NCBI RefSeq assembly: GCF_964355755.1
Contig: NC_092673.1
Coordinates: forward strand, 7,812,001 to 7,876,000
DNA length: 64,000 nt
Origin: Antedon mediterranea
Taxonomy: Eukaryota > Animalia > Echinodermata
Reading direction: 5' to 3'
Shown here: piece by piece, positions 1 through 13,200 of the stretch
How positions within the stretch are numbered: position 1 is the first letter of the stretch
Layout of the letters: every line of letters starts with the position of its first letter
The notes under the pieces: generated by a model
What the model was told of the DNA's origin: nothing
Databases searched by the model: none
The model's input: the letters and a program-made list of their open reading frames with translations, nothing else
Made by a program: the position numbers and the translations under genes

Positions 1-2529
1 CAACTCCACCCTTTATATGTATAATATTAATGTTTCCTGTAAAAGGTTTTTTTTTATTTAAGCCTGTGTGTTGGCCACTAACCTATGAGAGTGATGGTGA
101 TCAGGCCTAAAAACATTATACTGTGTATTTCAAATAACAAGTTTATTTTCTCCAGAAATCATTGACTTCTGGTATTGTTATTAATTGTTATTTTAATAAT
201 GTAATTCAACAATGTTTACTTTGTTGCAATACTGAATTTGAATTTTCATTCAGTTCACATTTGTATCCCCAACTCTCGTATTTTTATTTATTTTCTACTG
301 TATATGATTGTAATTTTAGTTTTCTTAATTAATGTCTACATTTGGCAATAAAATAATATGGAAAAAACATCAAACTTAAGTATTGAGATCCTATATATTG
401 TCATACGCACACATGGTAATATAAAAATACTGACTGCATGCAAAAAGTGAAACAATAAACTGACAGAAATACATACAAAAGTTGATATGGTATAAATTAG
501 AAAACTGGGATCCCAATGACTGCCATGAATATTATACTCATAAATGAGTTGATAAGATTGTATAATAACAATTCAGTGAAATTATTTACACTTCATGGGC
601 TCTAACAAATAAATATTGGCACACCTTTGTTTAATATCATAAATTCCTTAAAATATCTCCAATAAATACTGTGTGATAATATATGTTGCAATGACATAAG
701 AAGCCTAATAATATATCCTACTGTAGTAAATTGAGGCCTTTCTGATAACTATTCATCACACACCTATGTCCAAGTAGCAAGTGAATATGCACACCTGTGT
801 TTCTATTGATCACATGCAAATTAAGTCATTGTTAGTTAGTAACATTATGATCTTGCACTTGCTCTGCTATCCTCTAATTGGCTAGAGAAAGTTACTTGAT
901 ATTTGAATATTCATTAACAGTTTGGTAACATTTTTCTGTGTAGGTAAACATACTGTACTTAAGAAATACTATTTGTGAACTACACTATGAAGGGGACACA
1001 TCTGTTCAAGGGACACCACACTTACTACTCAATATTTATCAAAGTAATCCTTTTATTAATTAATTAGCTCTTTTACCTGTTTGATGGACCTTTTCTACAT
1101 AATTTTAAACTTGATAATAATTTTCATATTTATTTAAATGAATTAAAATAAATATTTTCCATATAAGTGAAAGCTTAGTATAATTAAATAACCAATTGAA
1201 TAATTTAGTCATTTGAAAGTATAAAGTAGTAAAAGTTATCTCTGTCATGTCATTTACTTTTTATACTGAAAATGTCTAACTTTCTCAAAAACAACATATC
1301 TTGTAAATTACACTAGTCATTTGACAGATGAACCATTTTAAAGTGTAAGAGTTTGAAAGTTTCTATTCGGAGCACACAAAGCATAAACATTAAAGCATTC
1401 CAATCCATTTTACTAAGCCTCATAGATGATTTATTTTTGGATTGATTACAGATACGATATATCCATGCTAATGCAGTTCAAACCCAGGCCAGAGACGTCA
1501 CACTTAGGTAGCAATAGCTTAGAGGTTTTCATCTTCATAAGCTGGGTACGGGTAAAACGTCTCAACATTGTTGTCTTTACGAAATAACTAATTTTCTATC
1601 TATTTAGAGTTTTGAGAATAAATCCAACGATCAATGAGGACGTTACCCTCGCTTTGAGGTAAATTCTCTACGACATTCAGCGCACGCACCGGACAGTGGC
1701 CGACTTGATTTAGATGTTCAACTAATATGAACAGTTAGCATCAATATTGTATAATAATATAAATCTCATCAGTGAATTTATAGTAATAAAATGTAAAGTA
1801 GAGATAGGATTATGCGAGCATTTGTTGGTTTGTTCTAACGACTTGTAATTTTATGTCTGTTGAGAAACGATTCAATTTTTTCCTGTTACATTTGGCTTTT
1901 AAGAGCAACGTATCAAAACCTTAAGACGGATTAAGCATTAATGCTATGTCATTAATATGACTCCACCCAAAGGATTAATTTAGAAAACATAACAGCTAGA
2001 AGCTATATAACATTCTAAAACAACTTCCTATAGATACTAGTCACATACAATCACAATATTATGACGCCATTCAAAACTGAGATGTTTCATTTAAAAATAG
2101 AAAACAGAACATTAGGCCTATTGATAAATTTTTATTTTTTAGTGGTAACAAATCTGAAATTATATTGATTATTTAAAGAACATATTTTTTTTATAGAGCA
2201 ATATAATTTCAAAATGAAATTGCAGATACAGAGTAAAAGTTTATTAATTTTGGACCCAGTTGCATTATGGATGGGAGACTGTCTGGGAATCACGTATAAT
2301 GAAATTGCAGATAGGCAGAGTAAAATTTTAGTTGCCCACAATTCTGTAGTTAGTACAGATCAGCAAAGTTAAGTAATGTTAGACCCGGTTGCATTCTGGA
2401 TGGGAGACTGTCTTTGAATCGCGTATATATATGCAGTATAAACCAGAGAGTAATGATAATATTGGGCTAGCATAAGATAGGCGTAGGTTTGCTTCCTATA
2501 CTGATTGCATCCTTTAGCAAGATGCTTAA

Positions 2530-3384
2530 CCCTTTCACTGCGTATACCCGGTACTACCGGGTATAAACAAATGTCGTTGAAGTGCGTATACCCGGTAATA
2601 CCGGGTATGGGCAAAACAATGATTTAATCGTATTTGCCTATAATATATAGCACCCTCTATATTTGTTCGATGAACTTGAATATTTTTCCAAGTCATTAAA
2701 AAATTTTTCCAGCAAAAAAACACGGCCCTCTATAGCTGTATTATTGTCTTGAAAATCATGCGCCCTCTATAGTTATATTATATATAGTATAGTGTATATA
2801 ATAGTATTCTATCTTGGAAAGTTGTTTTGAGTAGCGTAATGGCGGCCATTTTGAAAGTAACCAAAATTTACCAGCCCCAATAGGGCAACATTGTATTTAT
2901 CACAACACGCAAAAAAAAAAATTCTGAAACAATAGTTAGTTTTGTACTATAGTGAATTTTTGGAAAATGTCATTATTTTCACGATTTTGCCCCAAAACTT
3001 TGATTTGTGCATAATTTTTATAAAACAATAAAAATAATTCAATTTTTTTTTATATTTTTATTTGTTATACGTATCTTCATCAATATCCAGTTGGAAAAAC
3101 GTATTCCATCAGAATTTCTTATAGAAAATATAGTTTTTATCATTGATTCGATAAAAAACACGAAATCCAAAATACCTGTAATGACGTCACATGACGTCAT
3201 CAATATGCAAATTACTTTTTTTTTTATACCTAACTGTAGACTAACCCTTTGCCCATCACACACCACAAAAATAATTACACAATTATCTCAATTAGTATTT
3301 TTTTGCAATTTATTAAAATACCATATGTTTTTCTTAAATATACATTACGCACAGAGGTGGGAATAATGCTCCGCAGTGAAAGGG
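2530..3384. mobile_element. Non-autonomous piggyBac-like element
   Basis: TTAA|CCCTTTCACTGCG ... CGCAGTGAAAGGG|TTAA: 13-bp TIRs with TTAA target duplication; no ORF. Confidence 0.85.
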
Positions 3385-3449
3385 TTAAAGCCAGTTGGCC
3401 TAGCTGATAGCTAAAGTGTGCGCCAGGCTTTAGTGTCGTCTATCTCTAG

Positions 3450-3560
3450 ACTCTCGTGCCTCGTCCTTCAAATGGGAAGTAAAGCAGTTGGTTGTGTGTA
3501 TATATACTGCACGTTAAAGAACTTGGTACACTATTCGAAAAGAGCAGGGTATTACCTCCA
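3450..3560 (+). mobile_element. Deu/Nin-domain SINE fragment
   Basis: gcacgttaaagaacttggtacactattcgaaaagagcagggt resembles the core of the SINE at 27129. Confidence 0.55.
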
Positions 3561-4892
3561 AGTGGCTTTGAAGTTCCAGCTTAATGTAAATACAAGAGAA
3601 ATGCCAAATACAAATGAAATAAAACAATTAAAAAAACTGTAACTGTCATAGTACCCTAATTATAGCCCTAAATGATAGCATATTTAGTTTTTTGTCTTCT
3701 AGGAAAGGGGAAGGTTAAAAACCTTCCGAACAACGTCACCAATGTACAACGAAAAAAAAAATTTGAAGTTATGATTAAACCCCTCATAAAATTACAAAAT
3801 CTAATTTTCGAGACGTAGTTTGGTTTATAACAGCAATTAGAGGTAATACGGCACAGAGATATGTCATATTTAGAGGTAATTCAGCTTCAGGGCATGTCAT
3901 GTCTTTACCTTCAGGACACATCATGTTATTATTGTGCGCTTACAGACTTTGTTTGATTAATGTGACTCAATGCTAATGAACAAATCTTTTTTACAAATTT
4001 CCAATTTCACCAGAGGAGTTCAGCTGTGTTTGATTTTATTTTTGACAGATTTTGGCCTAAATCCTCAGTCGGATGACGCGTACATCTTAACCTTAAGCTG
4101 GGCTATCTATCGTAACTAGAGGGGATCTAATTGTAAATCTACTGGCCTTAGCAGACATGGGTTCAAGCTTAGTTCAGTGGCCATCATATCTGGGCAGATG
4201 TTACTTCAGGCTTAAACAATCTCTAATCCTACTGTCATTTTACGTTTATGAGGATTTGTACAAAGTTTAAATTAATATTATTGGATTTGAAGACATATAG
4301 CAACCTATTAAAACCTACAACAACATAGACAAACACGAACAAAATATTATAAAATTGAATTGCACATTGATGCCTCACTTTACATTAACCCTTCAGAAAT
4401 TTCTTTTAAAAACTAAATTTAATTATCATGATAAAAGGTTTCACTGAACAAAAATTCAAGAAACAAAATTGTTTGTTGAAAAGGCCATTTTAATTTCACA
4501 ATAGTAAACAAAAATATCTACCAGGACCATCATTTAAAGAATAAAACTGAAAACCGGAAGCCTATTTTCTGGAAGTTTAGCTAAATTTAACTCTTTCTTT
4601 TGTCTTGAAATCATTATGTTTGATATTTTTTTTTTTAAAGTGAACTTGGAATGGCTTATTTAAGGTTTGATTTTATACAATTTACTGTATTCGGTCATAT
4701 TATATAAGATATATTTAAACATCTGATTTTTGGTGTTGTTGACAAAGTGTGAAATGTTGTTGATCAACCAAAGATTGAAATTTAAAACAACAGTCAAAAA
4801 CATTTCAATAAAAAACAGCAGCGTAAGTTTTGTACACTTTCAAGAATTTTGATAATTATGCACCTCAGGATACAACAAAGTGTCTCCTTAAT

Positions 4893-5381
4893 GAGGGTAT
4901 TTCTTGAGTAGAGGGTATTTCTTGAGTAGAGGGTATTCTTGAGTAGAGGGTATTTCTTGAGTAGAGGGTATTTCTTGAGTAGAGGGTATTTCTTGAGTAG
5001 AGGGTATTTCTTGAGTAGAGGGTATTTCTTGAGTAGAGGGTATTCTTGAGTAGAGGGTATTTCTTGAGTAGAGGGTATTTCTTGAGTAGAGGGTATTTCT
5101 TGAGTAGAGGGTATTTCTTGAGTAGAGGGTATTTCTTGAGTAGAGGGTATTTCTTGAGTAGAGGGTATTTCTTGAGTAGAGGGTATTTCTTGAGTAGGGG
5201 GTATTTCTTGAGTAGAGGGTATTTCTTGAGTAGAGGGTATTTCTTGAGTAGAGGGTATTTCTTGAGTAGAGGGTATTTCTTGAGTAGAGGGTATTTCTTG
5301 AGTAGAGGGTATTTCCTGAGTAGAGGGTATTTCTTGAGTAGAGGGTATTTCCTGAGTAGAGAGTATTTCTTGAGTAGAGGG
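4893..5381. repeat. 18-bp minisatellite (GAGTAGAGGGTATTTCTT)n, about 27 copies
   Basis: Near-perfect tandem array; it generates the spurious repetitive ORFs 4888-5424 and 5046-5387. Confidence 0.97.
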
Positions 5382-5499
5382 TTCTAGAACTGTAGCGCCA
5401 TTTGAATATTAAGGATATGTTCACTATAAATCATTTGTTTTTTGAACTAAACAGAAAAGAGGACAATAATAGGAGATATTGTGGATTGGAGAGAAAGCT

Positions 5500-5755
5500 T
5501 TTAATTGAAGATTCTTTAATTTGGGGACGATTCAATCTCTTTATATTAAGGAAGCAGTCTTTACTTTGAGGGAGGAGTCTTTACTATGAGGGAGGATTCA
5601 ATTTCTTTATATTAAGGGAGGATTCAATTTCTTTATATTAAGGGAGGAGTCTATATTGATGGAGGAGTCTTTTTAATTTGAGGGAGGATTCTTTATATTG
5701 AGGGATGAATCTTTATTTTGAGGAAGGAGTTTTTTATTTGAGCAAGTCTTTACTT
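5500..5755. repeat. Degenerate ~20-bp repeats (GAGGGAGGAGTCTTTAATTT-like); related block at 7010-7200
   Basis: Recurring gagggaggagtcttt / gggaggattc motifs. Confidence 0.7.
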
Positions 5756-7267
5756 TCTCAAATTTACATTCAGTGATAATAAAACATACTCTTTTTTACA
5801 GTATGTTATGTATTTCATTTCCTTCCTTCCTATTTCAAATGAGCTGCTCTAAAGAGTAAACCACAACATTTAATGACACATCAATTTTATAAATGTACAC
5901 ATTTTGAAAAAGTGTTGCCACTGTGACCCAAGCATTCTCCCGTCTCCTTGAAAATCGAGGAAATAACCTCGCCAATTCGTCTGTGCAACGTAAATCAAAT
6001 TTATACATTAAATCGCGGAGATTATGGGTTTTAATAGCGTCATAAACAAAACTGTTGAGCGGTGGGAAGGTGATAGTTGAAGAGAGTTATTACTTGTCCA
6101 ATCTCAACCCAGGAAAGATGATTTTAGTATGCAATATAATATAAATATGTAGATATATATATGTACTGTATGGACAACTTATGTTGAATATCCGTTGTTG
6201 CAGATAAAACGAAAATTACATATTTTTAGCATGATGAAACATTATCTACTACTAGTCTACTAAAAAAACAAAAAAAAAACCCATCATAACAATTTATTGT
6301 ATAATAATTCTTTATATATTGGTAAAAAGAATAGTATGAATAATAAAAGATACAGTTAGAAAAAAAAAAGAACTTGTAAATTTAATTATATAAATACTAC
6401 CTTTTAAGTATCTTAATTAAAATTAAAATAATGAGGGTTACTTACTGTATGTTCTGTAAACTGTCTAAAAAGATACAGTCTATAGTTGAACTTTGAAATA
6501 CTGTATTTGAATATAACGTTCAGACGAGTGGGAAGTAATCTCTGTAGTAGCAGTTTTTTTTTGTTTTAAGCCCTAGACTCAAAGAGTAAATGTGCTACTT
6601 CCACGTAAAAAGGGATGTAGTGATGTGTAGATAAATTACTTTAAAGCTCATAGGTAAATGCACCTTGTATTAAGCATCGTGTTTTCATGTTTGACATAAC
6701 TTGAACTCGGATGTAATGTAAGAATGTAACTATTGTGTTTTTTGTGTTGTATTGAGTTTTGATAAAAGGGACACAGAAAAGAGGACAATAATATGGATGG
6801 ATGGATTGATTGGAGAAAGCTGGCAATTTACATGGGTGAGCAGTAACGGTAAGCGGAAATCAGAGTATATTTTCCCAAGTAGAATACTGCATGTATCTAT
6901 CATGAACAGAAACTGTCCACCCACTCCGTGTAAACAGTCTTAAGGAATAACATAGATTCTATATTTTTACAACTGTTACCGCTTGCCAGTGTAAATTGGC
7001 CTTAGTTGGAGAGTCTTTAATTTGGGAAGGATTCAATTTCTTTACATTAAGGGAGGAGTCTTTAATTTGAGGGAGAAGTCTTTAGTTTGAGGGAGGATTT
7101 TTTATATTAAGGGAGGAGTTTTTTATTTGAGTGAGTCTTTAATTTGATTGAGTCTTTAATTGTAGGGAGCCATTGATTTGATGGAGTCTTGAATTTGGAG
7201 TGCACCTTTAATCAGAGAAAGTAAATTAATCAGAAGAGGGAATCTTCAATCAGAGTTGTTTACTTAC

Positions 7268-10200
7268 ATGCATTTCAAGTTCCTGTAGAGAATTCTTTGT
7301 TGAAGACAATATCTGGTTCAAATCAGGAAGTTCAGCAAGGTATCTTTTATCTTGCTTGCTTAGTGTATCAGGAGCTTTTGAATCTGTACCTTTCTGTAGC
7401 CTTAAAAAAGAAACAGAATGCAATGACATTAAATTAAAGCCTTGAACTTGAAAAATGGTAAATTTAAAAACTGTGAATTTATCATAAAAAAATGTGATCA
7501 ATGTTCGCACTAACCGTGATGTTAAAACCAATGATTGTCTCGCATGGTGAATTTCATGTGTTAACCTGAGATGTTTGTTCGCATTGGACTTTTTAGCAAG
7601 CGTGGTTATTTTTACAGACACCATGGTGAGTTATACTGGGTAGGCAGTGGTTGGTAAAAGTAACCATTACACTTGGTTAATTTAACCATGTAGGAATCGT
7701 AGCCAGTGTTTTGATTGGACTTTCTTGGTCTCATTAGCGATCGTTTTAGATGGTGCAAGATTCTTTTTGTCTACACTTTCATAACATTTTTTGCTCTGGA
7801 TAATTTTGTGGGCAAAATGGTGACCGCAGTAGGATGGGGAATAATGAATGAATGAAAACTAACCTATAGCATTTGCAGTTTATAACGTTTAAAAAGGCCA
7901 AAATATTTTTAAACGACCTAACCTTTGACATTAGATGTAAGTGGCTGATAAATTGAAAAAAATAAATCTACAGTACAGTACAGTACTGTACAGTAGGTGT
8001 TTTATAAATTTGGTGTAACTGAGTGTTCTATTTAAACTGCCACTGCCCCATTGAATAGAACAGAACTCTTTCAACTAATGAAATTATTCTTCCCATTCAA
8101 CGTAAACAAACATTCATTATTCGTTTTATATTTAAACACACCAATTGTTTAGTAAACTGTAAACTTTTATTCAATTTAAATTTTAAAATAAATTCATACT
8201 ATGTAGAATAGAATAATTAAATAACCATAATCGACAGAAAACTGTTTTTGGTTTCTACACGACAACACAAATGCTGTCAATTGCAAACTCGCCGCAGATA
8301 CACCAGTCAGGGTAGATTAACCAGCTTACAACGAATCAGATCATGTTGAATTTCATCAATTTCATCTTTTTATGGGAGGGCTTACTAATAGGAGGAGACA
8401 TTTAGTACGGTGTTTGGTTTCATTAACAAGATTATAAAGAGTTATAATGCATCATTTAATGACTCTGATAAAACTAATTCAAGTAAAAAGACAGAGCGTT
8501 AGGATTATTTCATATTTTAGACAGTAATGTTTTTATACCATTTGGAATTTATAGTAAGATTTAGGAGTATTACTATATATTATTATTTATATGAAAAAAG
8601 TAAATTCTACCTATTTTTATTGCATAGAAGAAATAGTTAACGACATAAATATGACACCGGACCTAAAATTTGATCAAATCTACAGTACACTTTTTTCCCT
8701 TGTAATTGAGCATTTAACATTTCGATTATAAATTGCATTTTCTTTAGCAGCAGCATTTTGATTTTGTAGTAGTACTTTTCTTTTTATTCCAAAATCATTT
8801 TGTAGAAGAAGTTGCAGTATTTATTTATTTATGTACTATAGTTTGTTAACTAAGTCGAAAAATACATTGCCATTTTAAGATGTAGGCCTACTGGTCAATT
8901 TGGGATCTTTTGGACAAAAGAAATTCTGGTTTTAGAAGAGCTTTTGAGAGTTCAGACTGAAGTGCAAATTGCAAAATTGTTTTGATACCTTCTTTCTTCA
9001 GCTTGAGTAGCCGCATCTGTTGCAGAGGTCAATAACTCTTCCCATTTGTTGGATTCTTCCACCAGTCCATTGCAGTGTTCCTGTATCATTGTGGCAGATT
9101 CTTCCATCTTGACATTTATAGGGTTTGGAAGGCTAAATAAATTTGTTTTAAATGATTATTTTATGGAAACAGCATTTTAAGTGTACAGTACTCTAAAGCA
9201 TCACTACCATATTTGAGCATATCACTACCATATTTGAGCATATCACTACCATATTTGAGCATATCACTACCATATTTGGGCACATCACACAGTTTTTGTC
9301 AAACTAGTTTCATAGTGTAGACATGGCTTTATAATACTTAAAATAAACTAAACGATTGTAATAAATGTCGTGGAAGTAATACAGAAAGCAAGGTTTTTCT
9401 TTCAACCTTATTTTGTATTTGAAGACCTTCGGAATAATCTGCTGAATATTAAAAGCACTATATAAATTTAATAACATTAACATAGAAGAATATTAAATGT
9501 TATCTTTAGCCATTTACTTTTATACATTTAGATGATATATTGAAATGCAGTAACAATTAACGATGATGATTGTGATGATTTAAATTTAGATTAGACACAT
9601 ACTGATGGTAAGTTAAGAAACCAATTAAAGATATGGCAATATTTATTATTTTATAAACGAATAAATAAAATATATTCATGTTCATATTCATTTTGGATAA
9701 GGTGGTGAATGCAACATCTATTAGGAAGCTTTTGATTTGCGACGGCTGATGATAAAACTACATCATGTTAGTTCATTTTGCGCATGTGGGAATATTTGAA
9801 TGACACATGTTTGATGTTTCTAGGTCGACACTGACCTGACCTAGGTTGGTCGTCAGTTTTCATCGCAAAGCAAAAGCTCTCTATTGAATGCATATTTCTC
9901 AAAATGCTGTGCACAACGCTCATCATGACAGTGGTATACCAATATATCTTTTCACATAGCTTGCAAAACACTGTGGAGTTTACACAGACTGGAGTGTCAA
10001 CACCAGTAGTAGTATTGTGTGCACCCTGATGTGTATGTAAACTTGATTGTTTTGCTAGCTGATTTGAAAGAGGTATAAGCTACTACCAAACTTCACTAAA
10101 CAATGAAAACATGAGAGTAACTGTTAACTGATATTTTATGTAATAGTTAAATATAAATGAAATATTGGTACCAAACAATAATGAAGTTATTTCAATGTAC

Positions 10201-13200
10201 CTTATGATAATGAACACTAAACAATGTATTGTTATGTAACACTTTAAATATATTCATGAGATAAATATAGTGGATCTTATACCTTTTAAAACAGCTTTTT
10301 GAATCAACTCTAAAGATTTAAAATCAAAGTTATAGATTTGAAATTTGTTTGTCATTTAGAATAAAAGCATGTATACACTTCAAATGACAAGTTATATTTG
10401 ACAATAAAATTACATTAAACATCAAATGATAACTTTTAAGGAATAATTTTTAATCTTAGGTTTTGAAAGATGACAGATTTCATCTATGGAATTTAGTTGT
10501 TTATCATGAAAATAAGAACGGTATGAAATATTTATATATTTTCTTATCTTTTTCACTTGATTTGAATATCAATATATCATATACAGGTAAGTGAACTCAA
10601 ACAAAGTTTTCATAGTGAATTTAAATTCAGCTTTAGTCACACAGACATTGAAAGCCATTTACTTCACTATTTTAGTTTCGCATGGCAAAACTTATTCTGA
10701 CATGAGACATCAAAATTGTTTTTTTCTTTAAAGATGCATTTTCATTTCTTGGCTATAAAAAAAAACTAGACAAAATTGTATGTTGCGAGACCTACCAAAT
10801 AAAATATTTCATCTCTTTTTATGTAATTAAAACCATCAAAATTACACATATGTGTGAATTTTCCATAGCGTTCTACAACTATTTTAGATTTTGGCAAGAC
10901 ACACAATTAAAATCAGAAATTAAAGAAAAATCTGACCAACCCTTTTTTTCAATTGAAGCATTGATTGGGCAACTTAACACTTTAAAGCCTAAACCGAGTC
11001 TTGTAGGAGACTTTTGTTGCTATGTTGGCAATGAGAACACACCTGGTGCTGCAACCATGATCTGAACTAAGGATCTATTAGTAAGCAACCAAAGTAAACT
11101 ATCATAGTACCACTACTTAAAGTTATTATATTGTAATAATTAATTTAGGTAAATTCAAATTTCATTTACTGATAAAAATTATGGAATGATTTTAGTTATT
11201 CTGTTTCAGAAGTTAAAAATTGTTTAAAACAATTTATGTCTAATTTTGTTGTTTTTTTGTATATTTGTGTTTTATTACTTGCATGCTACGTTCCAAACAA
11301 TTTCAACAACTCTTCTCTACAATCATTAATTGTTTAATAGTTTATCTTAGTTGATGTTACGCTTTTATTAGTTTATTATTTAACTAGACCTTTACACTGT
11401 TTGTAAATTTTTTTCTATTAACCCTCTTAGTGCCACGGGCGGCGTTTGAAACCCCAAGGGACATGCGTTGAACACCCATGGTCGGCGTTAGACACCAAAC
11501 GTACCTTCTGTGTTTGAGGGCGATAATCACTAACTTCTGCTTGTCTGAGGATTCTGGGATAGCTTTTATTCGATCAAGCGTAAAATTTACTTTCCAAAAA
11601 TGTCAACGACAACATTTTCGCTATTGGAAAATCTTTTGGAATTATTAATTAAAAACTGATTAATTAATCAAAATTACGTTGTTTGTGGACTACACGTTTC
11701 CCGTATCTAGTCAGACAACCGGAAATACTGATTCCTTTGTTGAAAAATGTGCAACGCGAGAAGGATTTTTTGTAGGCCCATGCAGCACGTTGTCAGAATT
11801 TACTCGCCTGAGCAACTTGCTTGTAGTGGGCATGCTCAGACTAACGATGGTGATAGGATGGTTTGATTGGGCCTAGGCTAAAATTATACGACGGCGGTTT
11901 ATTTGAATAAAATAACTCGTATCTAACTCTCCTATTATTACTTTTGTTCAAGTAAATGTACATTTATAGGTATGTATTATAAATATTTGTTTCTTGGGGT
12001 TTTCTAAATATCATTTTATTATCGTTTTTATACGATTTTTTTAAAGAAATTTTATTTAAAAATTTTATTTTTTTTAATTCATACATTTCATAAATAAAAA
12101 TAAATCATACAAATATTCATTATACATCATTTTACAGGAAATTTAATAAGGAATATTTGTTTTTAGAAACATATTTCCTACATTTATAATAAAATGATGA
12201 AATTACTGTTTTAAAAATGTCAACTCCCTGGAGTACTATAAAAATGCTGTTCTGAAAAGAATTCGGTTGAGGGGAAATGGCTCTCTCTAGGGAATTCGGT
12301 ACTAAGAGGGTTAAGACAAATAAATCTTTTTAATTAAATGACTAATTAGTAAAAATTAAATCAATTTGGATATTAATGTCAAACACAAACACATTATAAA
12401 GAACAATTATCTGTTTTTTTACCTTGAAAAGTAGTTATTTTCTCATATGAGTTTTTGAAAGTATATTTGGAAAATAAGCAACAATTATCAGATTTAATGA
12501 AAGTGTATCTTTAATTTTTTTGACATGAAAGTGTCAAAGATTTTTTCTTAAGTTAATGTATCTTAACGCTAGAGGCGTCATCACTCACTTTTTCTGCATG
12601 CTGCACGATTCTCTCAGGCAGTTGTCTTTCTCCAACTTGTCTAACGTCTCATTAAAAGCACTCCTGGCTGCGAAGTTAACGAACACAAGTCAAATTGCAA
12701 TTTCAAATACGACTAATATGTTTCTATTTAATTCTAGGCCACAGTTTTTCAGACATCCAAAAACATGATATTAAAAGTAGCATGGTTTTAAATTAGTCAA
12801 CTGTTTTCTAGTGCAAATAGCAATCATTTTGAGTTCAAAACACAACTAAAAAAAGTTTGAGATTTAATTAAATGAAATTGACGATCAGCATGGTCAGAAA
12901 GTTGATATTTCTTTTAATTATTCCTTTCAGTGATGCATAAAAGAGGGAGCATTAAGAAGAGCCAAAGCTGTCAAAGATAACTATCGCCAAATAGGGGCTT
13001 CCCATATATGCTTCATTCTATGGAAAGCAAGGTCAACTGTGTATGTAATTTATATTTTATCTGCACAGTTGACCATGTGTCTATTGCATAGTTTTCTATA
13101 AAAACACAATTGACTATGCACTTAGTTCTCTATGCTGATAGAAAAAATAATTAAGGTGCATGGTTGCCCATGCTGAAAAGAATTTGATGCACAGTCTATA

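Noticed and set aside
1452-4076. Possible + strand exons (1452-1507, 1608-1658, 4049 onward)
   Set aside because: The splice signals are plausible but one donor is weak and the peptide is unrecognisable; not supportable.
4888-5424. 178-aa and 113-aa repetitive ORFs (YSRNTL / SRGYFL)
   Set aside because: Translations of an 18-bp minisatellite; no splice or coding evidence.
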